Source: Oceanispirochaeta sp.
GTDB taxonomy: Bacteria > Spirochaetota > Spirochaetia > DSM-2461
Length of the DNA: 64,000 nucleotides
Assembly: GCA_963666275.2 (NCBI GenBank)
Contig: CAXXOA010000002.1
Location: 800,001 to 864,000 of the forward strand
Direction: 5' to 3'
In this document: piece by piece, positions 30,723-40,400 of the stretch
Layout: every line of letters starts with the position of its first letter
Numbering within the stretch: position 1 is the first letter of the stretch
The notes under the pieces: model-generated
Seen by the model: only the letters and a program-made list of their open reading frames with translations
What the model was told of the DNA's origin: nothing
The model's database searches: none
Made by a program: the position numbers and the translations under genes

Positions 30723-32726
30723 ATGAAGATTGCTTTAGCAGGTAATCCGAACAGCGGCAAAACAACGTTGTTCAATGCCATTACAGGGAAAATTGAACAT
30801 GTGGGGAACTGGGCCGGTGTCACAGTTGATAAAAAAGAAGGGCTTGTTAAGGCTTCCCTGAATCCCGGAAAGGAGCCGGTCACAGTTGTTGACCTGCCGG
30901 GAGCCTACTCCATGTCCCCCTACACAAACGAAGAATCCATCACCAGGGATTTTGTGCAGAACGAATCTCCCGATGTCATTATTAATATAGTTGATGCTGC
31001 CAATATGAGCAGAAGCCTCTTTTTTACCACCCAGCTGATGGAGCTGGGGATTCCGGTTGTGATTGCTCTCAACAAGAGCGATCTTGTGAGAAAACAGGGC
31101 ACTGTGATCGACACCCTGCTATTGAGTGAATCCCTCAGTGCTCCTGTTGTTGAAACAGTGGCTGTGAACAGTGCGGATAAAGGACTCCTGAGTCTGCTTG
31201 AAGCTGCCGCCCTTGTATACGGTGAAAAGAAAAAACAGATTCCTCTTCCTGTCCGGGGCGCTGGAAATGCCTCCACCAGGGAAGAAATGGAAGAGGTGGA
31301 CAAAAAGAGGTTCCACCTTGTAAAGAAAATTGTAGAGCAGGTAGAGCGGAGAAAACTGGACTCTTCAAAACAGTCTCTTCAGGATAGAGCCGACAAGATC
31401 GTAGCCAGTAAATGGCTGGGACTTCCTATTTTCGCCCTTATTATCTGGCTTGTTTTTTCAATCTCCCAGTCCTGGGTCGGCCCCTGGATGGCTGATCTTC
31501 TGGTGGGCTGGATCGATGGTTTCTACGGCCTTGTGGAATCGGTCATACCCGAGTCGACCAATGCTGTACTCAGATCTCTCCTTCTCGATGGTATCATCGG
31601 CGGCGTCGGAGCAGTGGTGGGATTCCTTCCCCTTATCATGGTGCTCTTCTTTATGCTGGCTCTTCTGGAAGATTCCGGATATATGGCCCGGGTTGCCGTG
31701 ATCATGGACGGATACTTTAAAAAGATCGGTCTTTCGGGAAAGTCCATCATTCCGATGATTGTGGCAACAGGTTGTGCCATTCCGGGAATTATGGCGACAA
31801 GAACTATCAAGAATGAACGCCAGCGCCGGACAACAGCCATGCTTTCTCCCTTTATGCCCTGTGGTGCTAAACTGCCTATCATTGCGCTTTTTGCCGGTGT
31901 TTTCTTCAATGACAACGCCTGGGTGGGAACATCCATGTATTTTCTGGCTATCGCAGTCATTATCCTCAGTGGCCTTGTTATCCGTGCTATTACCGGAGAC
32001 CGGTCTACTTCCTACTTTATTATGGAGCTTCCCGAATACAGGGTGCCCAGTTTAAAAAGAGCAGCCGTCTCCATGATGAGCCGGGCAAAAGCTTTTATCA
32101 TCAAAGCCGGTACGATCATACTGGTCTGCAATGCGGTTGTTCAGTTGCTTCAGACTTTTAACTGGCAGTTTCAGGTTGTCAGTGAAAATGCTCCCGGATC
32201 CAGTATTCTGGCCTCCCTGGCATCTCCTCTGGCATGGGTTTTTATCCCCCTGGGGTTTGGGTTGTGGCAGTTTGCCGCGGCGGCTATTACAGGATTCATT
32301 GCCAAGGAAAATGTTGTGGGAACCCTGGCTGTTACATTTTCCGTTACCAATTTCATTGATGTGGAAGAACTCGCGCTGGTGTCAGGAGGAGTGGAAGTCA
32401 TGGGGGTTTTCGGGATCGGCGCTGTGGCGGCTCTCTCCTATCTTGTATTCAATCTCTTTACTCCGCCCTGTTTTGCTGCCATAGGGTCCATGAACTCCGA
32501 GATGGAGTCTCCCAAATGGCTGTGGGGTGCCATAGGTTTCCAGTTGGGAATGGGATACACCATAGCGTTTCTGATTTACCAGTTCGGTACACTGTTTACA
32601 ACCGGTTCTTTCGGTTCCGGATTCGCCGGGGGGCTTGCCGCTGTGGCAGCCATTATCGGATATGTTACCTATTTAGCCTGGAAAGGCAGCCGGGTGACTG
32701 AACTTAAGACTGTAGGAGCTGTTTAA
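30723..32726 (+). CDS. feoB: Ferrous iron transporter B
   Basis: GNPNSGKT, GNWAGVT, DLPG and NKSD GTPase motifs; LEDSGYMAR, FIMELPEY and FTPPCFAA. Confidence 0.95.
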   Translation: MKIALAGNPNSGKTTLFNAITGKIEHVGNWAGVTVDKKEGLVKASLNPGKEPVTVVDLPGAYSMSPYTNEESITRDFVQNESPDVIINIVDAANMSRSLFFTTQLMELGIPVVIALNKSDLVRKQGTVIDTLLLSESLSAPVVETVAVNSADKGLLSLLEAAALVYGEKKKQIPLPVRGAGNASTREEMEEVDKKRFHLVKKIVEQVERRKLDSSKQSLQDRADKIVASKWLGLPIFALIIWLVFSISQSWVGPWMADLLVGWIDGFYGLVESVIPESTNAVLRSLLLDGIIGGVGAVVGFLPLIMVLFFMLALLEDSGYMARVAVIMDGYFKKIGLSGKSIIPMIVATGCAIPGIMATRTIKNERQRRTTAMLSPFMPCGAKLPIIALFAGVFFNDNAWVGTSMYFLAIAVIILSGLVIRAITGDRSTSYFIMELPEYRVPSLKRAAVSMMSRAKAFIIKAGTIILVCNAVVQLLQTFNWQFQVVSENAPGSSILASLASPLAWVFIPLGFGLWQFAAAAITGFIAKENVVGTLAVTFSVTNFIDVEELALVSGGVEVMGVFGIGAVAALSYLVFNLFTPPCFAAIGSMNSEMESPKWLWGAIGFQLGMGYTIAFLIYQFGTLFTTGSFGSGFAGGLAAVAAIIGYVTYLAWKGSRVTELKTVGAV

Positions 32727-32727
32727 A

Positions 32728-32892
32728 ATGACTTTAACAGATATCATTATTCTGCTGATAGTTGCCGGTCTGGTTTCAATCGCGGTCTGGAAGATTGTAA
32801 GAGACAAAAAGAGGGGCAATGCCTGTTCCGGCTGCAGCTGTTCTTCAGGAAGCGGCGCCTGTCATATGAAGCTTCCGGAAAAACTGCAGTAG
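32728..32892 (+). CDS. FeoB-associated Cys-rich membrane protein (54 aa, below the ORF-track cutoff)
   Basis: MTLTDIIILLIVAGLVSIAVWKIVRDKKRGNACSGCSCSSGSGACHMKLPEKLQ; AGGAG upstream; starts 1 nt after the feoB stop. Confidence 0.85.
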   Translation: MTLTDIIILLIVAGLVSIAVWKIVRDKKRGNACSGCSCSSGSGACHMKLPEKLQ

Positions 32893-33035
32893 CCATTCGG
32901 TTTCTTTCGATCCTGTCCCTTTCCGGATTTCTTCACTGGTAAACCGGAAAGGGGAACCGGCATGGAATAGATTATTAAAGGGATGCCCCCGGGGGATTCA
33001 ATAGTATTTGTTCCCTCAACCTGCTATTCTGAGGC

Positions 33036-33872
33036 ATGGTTGTTTTCTATGCTGTTTTATCGGCTCTGACTTTCGGTACGGCAGACTTTCTCGGTGGTTT
33101 TTCCTCCAGGAAAAATTCCGCCACCGCCGCCGTGGCCTGGTCCCAGGGCGCGGGATTCCTGACCGTTCTGATCGTGGCGCCCCTGATGGGGGCTGAAGCC
33201 GTTGGTTCTTCTGATATCCTCTGGGGAATCATCGCCGGCCTTTCCGGGGCAATGGGAGTCCTTATCCTCTTCCATGGCCTCTCTACAGGGCTGGCATCAA
33301 TAGTTTCTCCCCTGGCGGCTCTTTCGGGAGCTGTCCTGCCTGTCATTTTCGGTCTTCTCATAGGGGAACGGCCTCCTCTTTTAACCTGGATTGGCGTGGC
33401 CCTCTCACTTCCGGCTATTCTGCTGCTGTCATGGGAGCAGGGAGAAAAACAGGATCATGTTTTCCGTTCCGTCCGGATGGGCCTCCTGTCGGGAGCTTGT
33501 TTCGGCGGCTTCTTTATTTTCATTTCCCGGACTTCCGATGCCTCGGGAATGTGGCCTCTGGCTGCGGCCAGGGCTGTGACGGTGCCGCTTTTTATACTGA
33601 TGACCCTTTTCCGGAAAGGACATGTCAGGCTTCTTCCCGGGACAAAACGTATCACCCTTATCAGCGGTTTTCTGGATATGGCCGCCAATGCGCTCTATCT
33701 GCTGGCTGCCCGGACGGGATATCTGATCCTGGCAGTTGTTCTTACGGCTCTTTATCCGGCTCCCACAGTGGTGCTTCAAAGGGTTTTTCTCCGGGAGAAA
33801 CTGACTCGCCCCCGCATCGCCGGACTAGTCCTTTCCATTTCAGGGGCTGCCCTGATCGGAGCCGGCGGCTAG
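33036..33872 (+). CDS. DMT/EamA family transporter
   Basis: Ten hydrophobic segments, duplicated EamA pattern (LIGERP; LYPAPTVVLQRVFLREKL). Confidence 0.85.
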   Translation: MVVFYAVLSALTFGTADFLGGFSSRKNSATAAVAWSQGAGFLTVLIVAPLMGAEAVGSSDILWGIIAGLSGAMGVLILFHGLSTGLASIVSPLAALSGAVLPVIFGLLIGERPPLLTWIGVALSLPAILLLSWEQGEKQDHVFRSVRMGLLSGACFGGFFIFISRTSDASGMWPLAAARAVTVPLFILMTLFRKGHVRLLPGTKRITLISGFLDMAANALYLLAARTGYLILAVVLTALYPAPTVVLQRVFLREKLTRPRIAGLVLSISGAALIGAGG

Positions 33873-34603
33873 AATTCCTCCAGAGTGAGTGAGATTTCGG
33901 ACAGACAGGTGTCATCATAATGGCTTCCCCTGTAGATCTCGCCTATGGTCAGTCTGATGCCGAAAAATCCGTAGACCTCCAGAATGAGTTTCTGATACAT
34001 AAGGGATTCTCCCTCTTCCGGCGATATCCCCAGATCCTTGAGTATCATTTCATAGAAATCCGGATAATCCCCGGCAAAGAGAGTCAGGACTTCTCTGTAG
34101 AAGTCATCCTGCAGGGACTCCCATTTTTCCAGGGAGATTCTCTGACTGTCCCGGGAATCGGATAGGGAGAACCGGGCGGGAATCTGCTGTTCAAGAGTAA
34201 AGTAGAGTGTATAGTCCTGCTCTGTTACAAGCCCCGGAGCTGTAAACCCTGCCACAAAAGAGAGAGAAAAGTCTTTAATCCTGTTATTTTTCTGATAGAG
34301 TCCGGATGAGGAGGCAAACCCATTGGTCAGATCCAGTTCACGCACAATCTGCTGTGTCTGAATCAGAACGGATTCGTGATAGCCGGGGCCATCCGCTCCC
34401 TCCACCCAGGGGCTGGCCGTGTCCCCGTCAAAGAGATTGTCCGGACCATAGGTCAGAGTTTTGCCTCTGATAGTTTCAGTCAGCGAAGAAGAAGCCCAGA
34501 CGGATTCCCCCATAGCTGTTTCAAGATTTTTCCATTCCCTCTGCTGGGTAAACAGACTGGAAACTGCGAACAAAAAGAGCAGCATTGAGACTGAATACTT
34601 CAT
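33869..34603 (-). CDS. Exported protein with a discoidin/galactose-binding-like domain
   Basis: Signal peptide; YGPDNLFDGDTASPWVEG, NG..YQKNNRIK and YDDTCLSEI. Confidence 0.6.
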   Translation of the reverse strand: MKYSVSMLLFLFAVSSLFTQQREWKNLETAMGESVWASSSLTETIRGKTLTYGPDNLFDGDTASPWVEGADGPGYHESVLIQTQQIVRELDLTNGFASSSGLYQKNNRIKDFSLSFVAGFTAPGLVTEQDYTLYFTLEQQIPARFSLSDSRDSQRISLEKWESLQDDFYREVLTLFAGDYPDFYEMILKDLGISPEEGESLMYQKLILEVYGFFGIRLTIGEIYRGSHYDDTCLSEISLTLEEF

Positions 34604-34739
34604 AGGATTATTATATCACATCGGATTTCCATCTGTTCTATAATAAAAGCAGGACAGAAAGGGTATGACTATCCTTCCTGCATATACACTGGAATGACCG
34701 GAATTCTGTTTCCGGATTTCTATACTGTGAGGTTCTGAA

Positions 34740-35558
34740 ATGGATATGTTAACCGCTTATTTCAACAGCATACAAAAAGAAGATCTGACTGTGATTCTTA
34801 AAAAAATCGGAGTTCTGATTCTGATTTCCCTCCTTGCCTTTATTGCGAATAAGATACTGGTGCGGGCCGTCCGCAGGGCGGATGAAAAATACTATCAGCT
34901 GGATTCCACAGTCGTGCCTGTTCTGATCACTCTGACGAAGTCCACTGTATTCCTGATTGCTCTCATATTTATCCTGGAGGCTCTGGGGGTTAATGCTACC
35001 AGTCTGGTGGCCCTGGTGGGGGCCGCGGGGATCGCTGTCGGCCTTGCCCTGAAAGATACCCTTTCCCATATTGCCGCCGGCATTATGATCCTTCTCCTGC
35101 GGCCCTTCAAAGCAGGGCAGTTTATCGAATGCTCTTCTGTGGCGGGAACGGTAAAAGAGATCGGTCTTTTCTCCACAACACTGGAGACCCCCGACGGCCT
35201 CTATGTGATGGCTCCCAACTCCTCTCTCTGGGGGGCACCCATTAAAAATATCCATAGGAACGGAAAACGGCGGATGGACCTGGTTATCGGTATTTCCTAC
35301 GGAGATTCCATCGATACGGGATTTGAAGTCCTGAGAAGCATTATTCAAAACGAGGCAAGATTTCTGGCTGATCCTGCTCCCCAGGTCATGGTCCTGTCCA
35401 TGGGCGACAGCTCTGTGAATCTGCAGCTCCGTGCCTGGGCCGCCATCGATAACTACTGGCCCGTTTACTGGGAAACCAATAAAATCCTTAAAGAGAAAAT
35501 CGAAGAAGCCGGATTGACCATTCCCTTTCCCCAGGTGGATGTTCATAAAAGAGACTGA
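34740..35558 (+). CDS. mscS: Small-conductance mechanosensitive channel
   Basis: GAAGIAVGLALKDTLS, RPFKAG, GTVKEIGL and AGLTIPFPQ. Confidence 0.92.
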   Translation: MDMLTAYFNSIQKEDLTVILKKIGVLILISLLAFIANKILVRAVRRADEKYYQLDSTVVPVLITLTKSTVFLIALIFILEALGVNATSLVALVGAAGIAVGLALKDTLSHIAAGIMILLLRPFKAGQFIECSSVAGTVKEIGLFSTTLETPDGLYVMAPNSSLWGAPIKNIHRNGKRRMDLVIGISYGDSIDTGFEVLRSIIQNEARFLADPAPQVMVLSMGDSSVNLQLRAWAAIDNYWPVYWETNKILKEKIEEAGLTIPFPQVDVHKRD

Positions 35559-35561
35559 TTC

Positions 35562-37211
35562 TCAGCTGACCACCTGATTCCGGCCCAGATGTTTGGCTGT
35601 ATAGAGTTTTTCATCCATCCTTTTGAAAAGCTGTTCCAGTGACTCTGTCTTATTGAGAGGAGCCACCACGGAAAAACTGGCCGTCAGTTTTCCCGGCAGG
35701 GGGAACTGGTGTTCCTCCACAGCCATACGGATCTTTTCCGCTGCCGAAGAGGCATCGCTCCTGCTGATATAGGGGAGAAGAATAAGAAATTCCTCACCAC
35801 CCCAGCGGGCCAGTGTATCACTCTGCCTGATATGGGACTGAACCAGGTCCGCCAGCTCTTTCAGCACTTTATCTCCTCTGTCATGGCCGTAGGAGTCATT
35901 CACTTTCTTGAAGTAATCGATATCGAACATGATAAGGGAGAAGGGGGTATCATAGCGCTGATAGGCATGGTAGGCCTTGTTCAGATCATGATCAATTTTC
36001 TGCCGGTTGGCTATTCCCGTCAGAGAATCCACCGTCGCCATTATAAGAAGTTTTTTATTCTGCAGAAAAGACTCTCCATAGAGCTTGGATAGAACAAAGG
36101 TCTGGGTAAAAATCAGAATGATGATGGATCCCTGCCCCAGATTGAAAAAACGGTTCGGTCCGCCCCAGTAATAGATTATATCGAGCAGTGTCAGGGCAAA
36201 GGCCAGAACTCCTGTATAGGTAAAGGTTACCGCCCCGGGCAGCCGGCGTTTACAGGCCCGTATCAGAAGAAGGAATATCACCAGTATCAGAAAAATAATA
36301 TTCGTATTGAGGACAATAATGGTACGGCTCAGTATGCGTATCGGCAGGAGGAGTACGAAAACACTGTATATCCCACTCACTCCCAGAGCGGAAATCACAA
36401 GACCTTTTCTGAATCTCCGGGACGGAGGATAGAGATAGTTGAAGAACAGCAGAAGAGAGGCGCCGCTCAGGATGGCAGCAAGGTATTCCAGGCGATAATC
36501 CATTTTCCAGGGAATGGCCGGGAGAATTGTGGAGATCATATTCTGTCCTGTTGTCACCGCTCTGAGGATCATAAAAAGGGCTGTAAAGGTCAGGAACAAA
36601 GCCGATTTGTTTGTGTATTTATGCAGATAGAGAAAGAGATGGTAGATCGCTGCCAATAGCAGGATCCCTGCAAAAACAGATTCAAATATGATCTTCCTTG
36701 TTTCTATCTTGTGAATGGCACTGTAGGATCCGATCCGTATGGATTCGGTCAGACCGCCCGAACGGAAGTAGCGGTTATGCAGTTCAATTTCTATGGTATT
36801 CTCTGTTTCAAAAAGGAAAGGGATCACGCTTATGGTAAAGTCTGTCAGACCGCTGGAAAGATCCCCTGAGCTATAGATTGTCCTGCCGTTCATCCTTATG
36901 GATGCGGCCTGGGAGAGTTCCGGTAAAAGCAGGGCACCCATGGTTCCCGCGTAGGCTTGGGGGGGGGAGAAGGTCTTTGTATAAGTTCCCCGGGTATAGG
37001 GGGTTCCTGTCAGGATTTCCCAGCTTCCGGGCACTGTTCCGTGGCTTTGCATAGGAGAACCCTGTTCCTGAAAGAGCCATTCTCCGTCAAGATCCGTCAG
37101 GCTGGAAAGATCCAGCTCCGTTAAGTTGAGATGGGGTATTCCCACCTGGGGAAAAAGAGAAAGAACCGGGATAAATACGATCAGGAAAATCCATTTTTTC
37201 ACTTTTTCCAT
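35562..37211 (-). CDS. Membrane diguanylate cyclase with a sugar-binding-like periplasmic domain and 7TM region
   Basis: LDGEWLF..VPGSW beta-sandwich, seven TM segments, DIDYFKKVND, RQSD I-site and RWGGEEF. Confidence 0.88.
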   Translation of the reverse strand: MEKVKKWIFLIVFIPVLSLFPQVGIPHLNLTELDLSSLTDLDGEWLFQEQGSPMQSHGTVPGSWEILTGTPYTRGTYTKTFSPPQAYAGTMGALLLPELSQAASIRMNGRTIYSSGDLSSGLTDFTISVIPFLFETENTIEIELHNRYFRSGGLTESIRIGSYSAIHKIETRKIIFESVFAGILLLAAIYHLFLYLHKYTNKSALFLTFTALFMILRAVTTGQNMISTILPAIPWKMDYRLEYLAAILSGASLLLFFNYLYPPSRRFRKGLVISALGVSGIYSVFVLLLPIRILSRTIIVLNTNIIFLILVIFLLLIRACKRRLPGAVTFTYTGVLAFALTLLDIIYYWGGPNRFFNLGQGSIIILIFTQTFVLSKLYGESFLQNKKLLIMATVDSLTGIANRQKIDHDLNKAYHAYQRYDTPFSLIMFDIDYFKKVNDSYGHDRGDKVLKELADLVQSHIRQSDTLARWGGEEFLILLPYISRSDASSAAEKIRMAVEEHQFPLPGKLTASFSVVAPLNKTESLEQLFKRMDEKLYTAKHLGRNQVVS

Positions 37212-37284
37212 TCCTCTTCAGGAAATAGGAAACCTATTAGTATCCTTACTTAATTATTAGGGTATGAAAGGGGAAAATTCCATT

Positions 37285-37686
37285 TTAAAACTTCTTTTCT
37301 CTCCAGTTCACGGGAACAAGAAAAAAACTCAGGATAACCAGCGCTCCAAAGGACAGATACAGGATCAGGAAAAATGAGTCGGGGAGATCATAGAAAATTA
37401 TTTTATGGATCAGCCGGGCTGTAAAGGACATGGATGTATCCGTATTCTGCCCGGCTTTCTCCCTGAGGCTGTATTCCAGGGTGGTCAGAGGGCAGAATAT
37501 GCCGAGCAGTGATTCAAAGGCCACCAGAAGTACAGCCCCGGCATGGACCAGCCGGAAGAGTCGTCTACGGACCCATTGCCATTTCAACAGTCCCCCAGCC
37601 AGAATGAAAACTTCCCCCAGTACTGTAAACAGGACATAGAGGAAGTGAATCAGCACAATAAGATCAGCTGCCGTTCCCGCATTCAT
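37285..37686 (-). CDS. DUF2784-like membrane protein
   Basis: ADLIVLIHFLY...H...CPLTTLEYSLR pattern. Confidence 0.75.
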   Translation of the reverse strand: MNAGTAADLIVLIHFLYVLFTVLGEVFILAGGLLKWQWVRRRLFRLVHAGAVLLVAFESLLGIFCPLTTLEYSLREKAGQNTDTSMSFTARLIHKIIFYDLPDSFFLILYLSFGALVILSFFLVPVNWREKKF

Positions 37687-37704
37687 GACTTATGAAGAGG
37701 CTCT

Positions 37705-39171
37705 TCAGGGTGTTCCCAGAATTCCATCCGCACCTTTCTCTCTGAGGATCCGGATCTTTGTATTCAGCTCTTCCAGAAAGCTTTTCTGATTCAGAATCTC
37801 TTGGGGAAAAACCTCTACCATAGAAAGGAAAGGGGTCGCATCATTCATGGAAAGAGCGGCTTTTTCCCTGAGTTTTTCTGCCAGAGGGTCTTTCACTTCA
37901 AAGGCCTCATTGCTCCGGGACTGGTCAAGATAGACAATCCAGGAGGCCAGGGCTGTGGATATGGGAGACACATCCTCATTCTGTTTCAGAAGTATCAGCA
38001 GGCCTCCCACAATGAAGTTCAGAATCTTGCTTGAACCGTCCTCGGCCAGGCGGAGAAGCTTGTCCCGCACGGCAGGGTTGGCAAAGCGCCTGAGGAGTGT
38101 TTCGATATACTCGTCATAATCAATTCCTGCGATAGGATTCAGGGTCTTTTTCAGTGTGTTCATATAGGCTCTGACGAACTCCCTGATCCTGCTGTCATTC
38201 ATCGCATCATCCACATACTGATACCCCGCCAGCAGGGAGAGGTAGGCCAGGGCGGAGTGACCGCCGTTGAGGAGCCGGATTTTCATCAGTTCATAGGGTT
38301 TTACATCCTCCACAAGCTGGGCGCCTATCTCCTCCCAGGCGGGGCGTCCGGCGGCAAACTTATCCTCAATGACCCACTGAATAAACTGTTCGGCAAAAAC
38401 AGGAACTTCATCCTGTAGCCCGTATTTATCTTTCAGATAGGACCGGTTTTCATCGGATGTATTGGGTGTAATCCTGTCTACCATGGTGCAGGGAAATGTG
38501 ATGGACTTTCTGACATATTCCAGCAGGTTTCTATCGCCTGTTTCCTCCAGAAACTGATAGAGAAGCTTTTTCAGCACATCGCCGTTTTCGGGAATGTTGT
38601 CACAGGAGAGAATCGTCAGGGGAAATGCTCCGGTTTTCAGTCTCTCTTTCAGCCCGTAAACGATTAACCCCACAGCCGTAAGAGGAGTCTCTTCTTTTTT
38701 TTCAAGGTCATGCCTGACATTGAGGTTGGTTCTATCCAGGTTCCAGTTGTTGTCGTAGCAGTAACCTTTTTCAGTAATTGTGAGAGAGAGTATCTTCAGG
38801 TTCCGGTTCCGGCAGAGCTCTGCAAATCTTCCCGGTTCCGTAGGAGTATGGATAAAATCCCTGATAGAACCGATAAGGGCTATCTCTTCGTTTTCAAGTT
38901 CCCTGGTGACCAGAGTATACAGGTAGTCCTGGGACACCAGAGCCTCTTTCATCTTTATATCCTGGGGCATCAGACCGGCGCCGCAGATCCTCCATCCGCT
39001 GTCATTCATTTTCATCAGTTGATGCAGATAGAAGGCCTGATGGGATCTATGAAAATTCCCCACGCCCAGATGCAGAATGGAACAGTCCGTCTGTTCCAGA
39101 TTATAATCCGGCATATCAGGGACATTTTTAATGGAGGGTAAATTCTCCTTTTTCAAGTGTATCTGTGTCAT
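37705..39171 (-). CDS. Mannitol dehydrogenase family protein
   Basis: HLGVGNFHRSHQ, LTITEKGY, SCDN, MVDRITP and KIRLLNGGH. Confidence 0.92.
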   Translation of the reverse strand: MTQIHLKKENLPSIKNVPDMPDYNLEQTDCSILHLGVGNFHRSHQAFYLHQLMKMNDSGWRICGAGLMPQDIKMKEALVSQDYLYTLVTRELENEEIALIGSIRDFIHTPTEPGRFAELCRNRNLKILSLTITEKGYCYDNNWNLDRTNLNVRHDLEKKEETPLTAVGLIVYGLKERLKTGAFPLTILSCDNIPENGDVLKKLLYQFLEETGDRNLLEYVRKSITFPCTMVDRITPNTSDENRSYLKDKYGLQDEVPVFAEQFIQWVIEDKFAAGRPAWEEIGAQLVEDVKPYELMKIRLLNGGHSALAYLSLLAGYQYVDDAMNDSRIREFVRAYMNTLKKTLNPIAGIDYDEYIETLLRRFANPAVRDKLLRLAEDGSSKILNFIVGGLLILLKQNEDVSPISTALASWIVYLDQSRSNEAFEVKDPLAEKLREKAALSMNDATPFLSMVEVFPQEILNQKSFLEELNTKIRILREKGADGILGTP

Positions 39172-39333
39172 AGAAAACTCCTTTATTCTATATGTCTTTT
39201 CAGGACCTCTTAAATTTATACCCTCCCCGGTGGGAGCGCAAGTTTAATCCCCGGAATCCCGAATTTGTCTACCCGGCTATTTACAGTGGCGTGGTTCCCG
39301 GGTATATCTACAATCAGGGGAGTTTATAATATA

Positions 39334-40299
39334 TTGAAAGAGAAAACAGACTATTCGGGAAATCTGAAAATCCGGCAGGAGCACTGGCAGGACTCACCCT
39401 GCTCCCGCTGCCAGGGTACTCCCTGCTGCCGCAATCTTCCCCTCGCTCCGGGGCGTCTGGAGAGTCAGCGGGATTTTATCAATCTGACAATGGCTTCCGT
39501 CTATAATGGACTTTTCCCGGCTATGAAAGATTCAGGGGAGTGGACCTACTACCTTTCCCGCAGCTGCAGCTTTCTCAGTTCCGAAACAGGGATGTGTACG
39601 ATTCATAAGGAACTCCACCAGAGCCTAATCTGTAAAACCTATGACGCTCACAGCTGCTGGTACACCGATGCTTTCAATTCCCGGCGCTACACAACCATGA
39701 TTCCCTTCAATACGGAAAGGCTGATCTGGCTGGAGAAGCGGTATGATCTGATCCGCAGCAGGTTTGCTTCCTCCCCGGACTGGGAAACCCTCTGCCGGGA
39801 TATGCAGGCGGAGGGTCCCGGTTTCGAATATCCTGTTACAGGGAATCTTTCCCATGCCCTTCAGAGAAAGCTCACTTTTAAAAAATCCCGTTCAAGCCGT
39901 TATCTTCTATTTCCTCCCTATAAACGGCCCGGGGGAAAAAACCATTTTGAACTCCTCTCATTCCGGCTGGGATTTCCCGGGGTCTCACTTGCTCTGAGTG
40001 ATACCACCTGGGCATTCCTTGTGGAGACAGAGATGGATCCCGCAAAACTCGATCTTGTCCGCAGAGAATACTATCCCGCCATTGAACATAAAGACGGGAA
40101 TTTCAGCTTTGACTCGATCGTCCGGGAATACTCCCCCTATTCTGAAACAGGCGAACAGTGGGTTCTTCTCCACCGGGAGGATCTGCCCACTCTGACGGCT
40201 CTGACGGAGTTTGATGCATCAGGGAGGATTAAAAGGCTTCCCAGCTGTGCGGAAATCCTCCACTCCCTGCAGCCATCCTCTCCCAACAGAGTCGCCTGA
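39334..40299 (+). CDS. Cys-cluster (YkgJ-like, zinc/iron-chelating) protein
   Basis: CSRCQGTPCC...CSFL...CTIH...LICKTY...C. The start is proposed at TTG 39334 after GGGGAG and is uncertain. Confidence 0.65.
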   Translation: MKEKTDYSGNLKIRQEHWQDSPCSRCQGTPCCRNLPLAPGRLESQRDFINLTMASVYNGLFPAMKDSGEWTYYLSRSCSFLSSETGMCTIHKELHQSLICKTYDAHSCWYTDAFNSRRYTTMIPFNTERLIWLEKRYDLIRSRFASSPDWETLCRDMQAEGPGFEYPVTGNLSHALQRKLTFKKSRSSRYLLFPPYKRPGGKNHFELLSFRLGFPGVSLALSDTTWAFLVETEMDPAKLDLVRREYYPAIEHKDGNFSFDSIVREYSPYSETGEQWVLLHREDLPTLTALTEFDASGRIKRLPSCAEILHSLQPSSPNRVA

Positions 40300-40400
40300 C
40301 TCCTGAAAGACGCATTTGACAGAAAGTCTTCACTTTCTTTTGCATCCGGGTCTCCAGGACTGTTTTCAGAAAAGGGATTTCCCTGTACCATCACAAGCTC

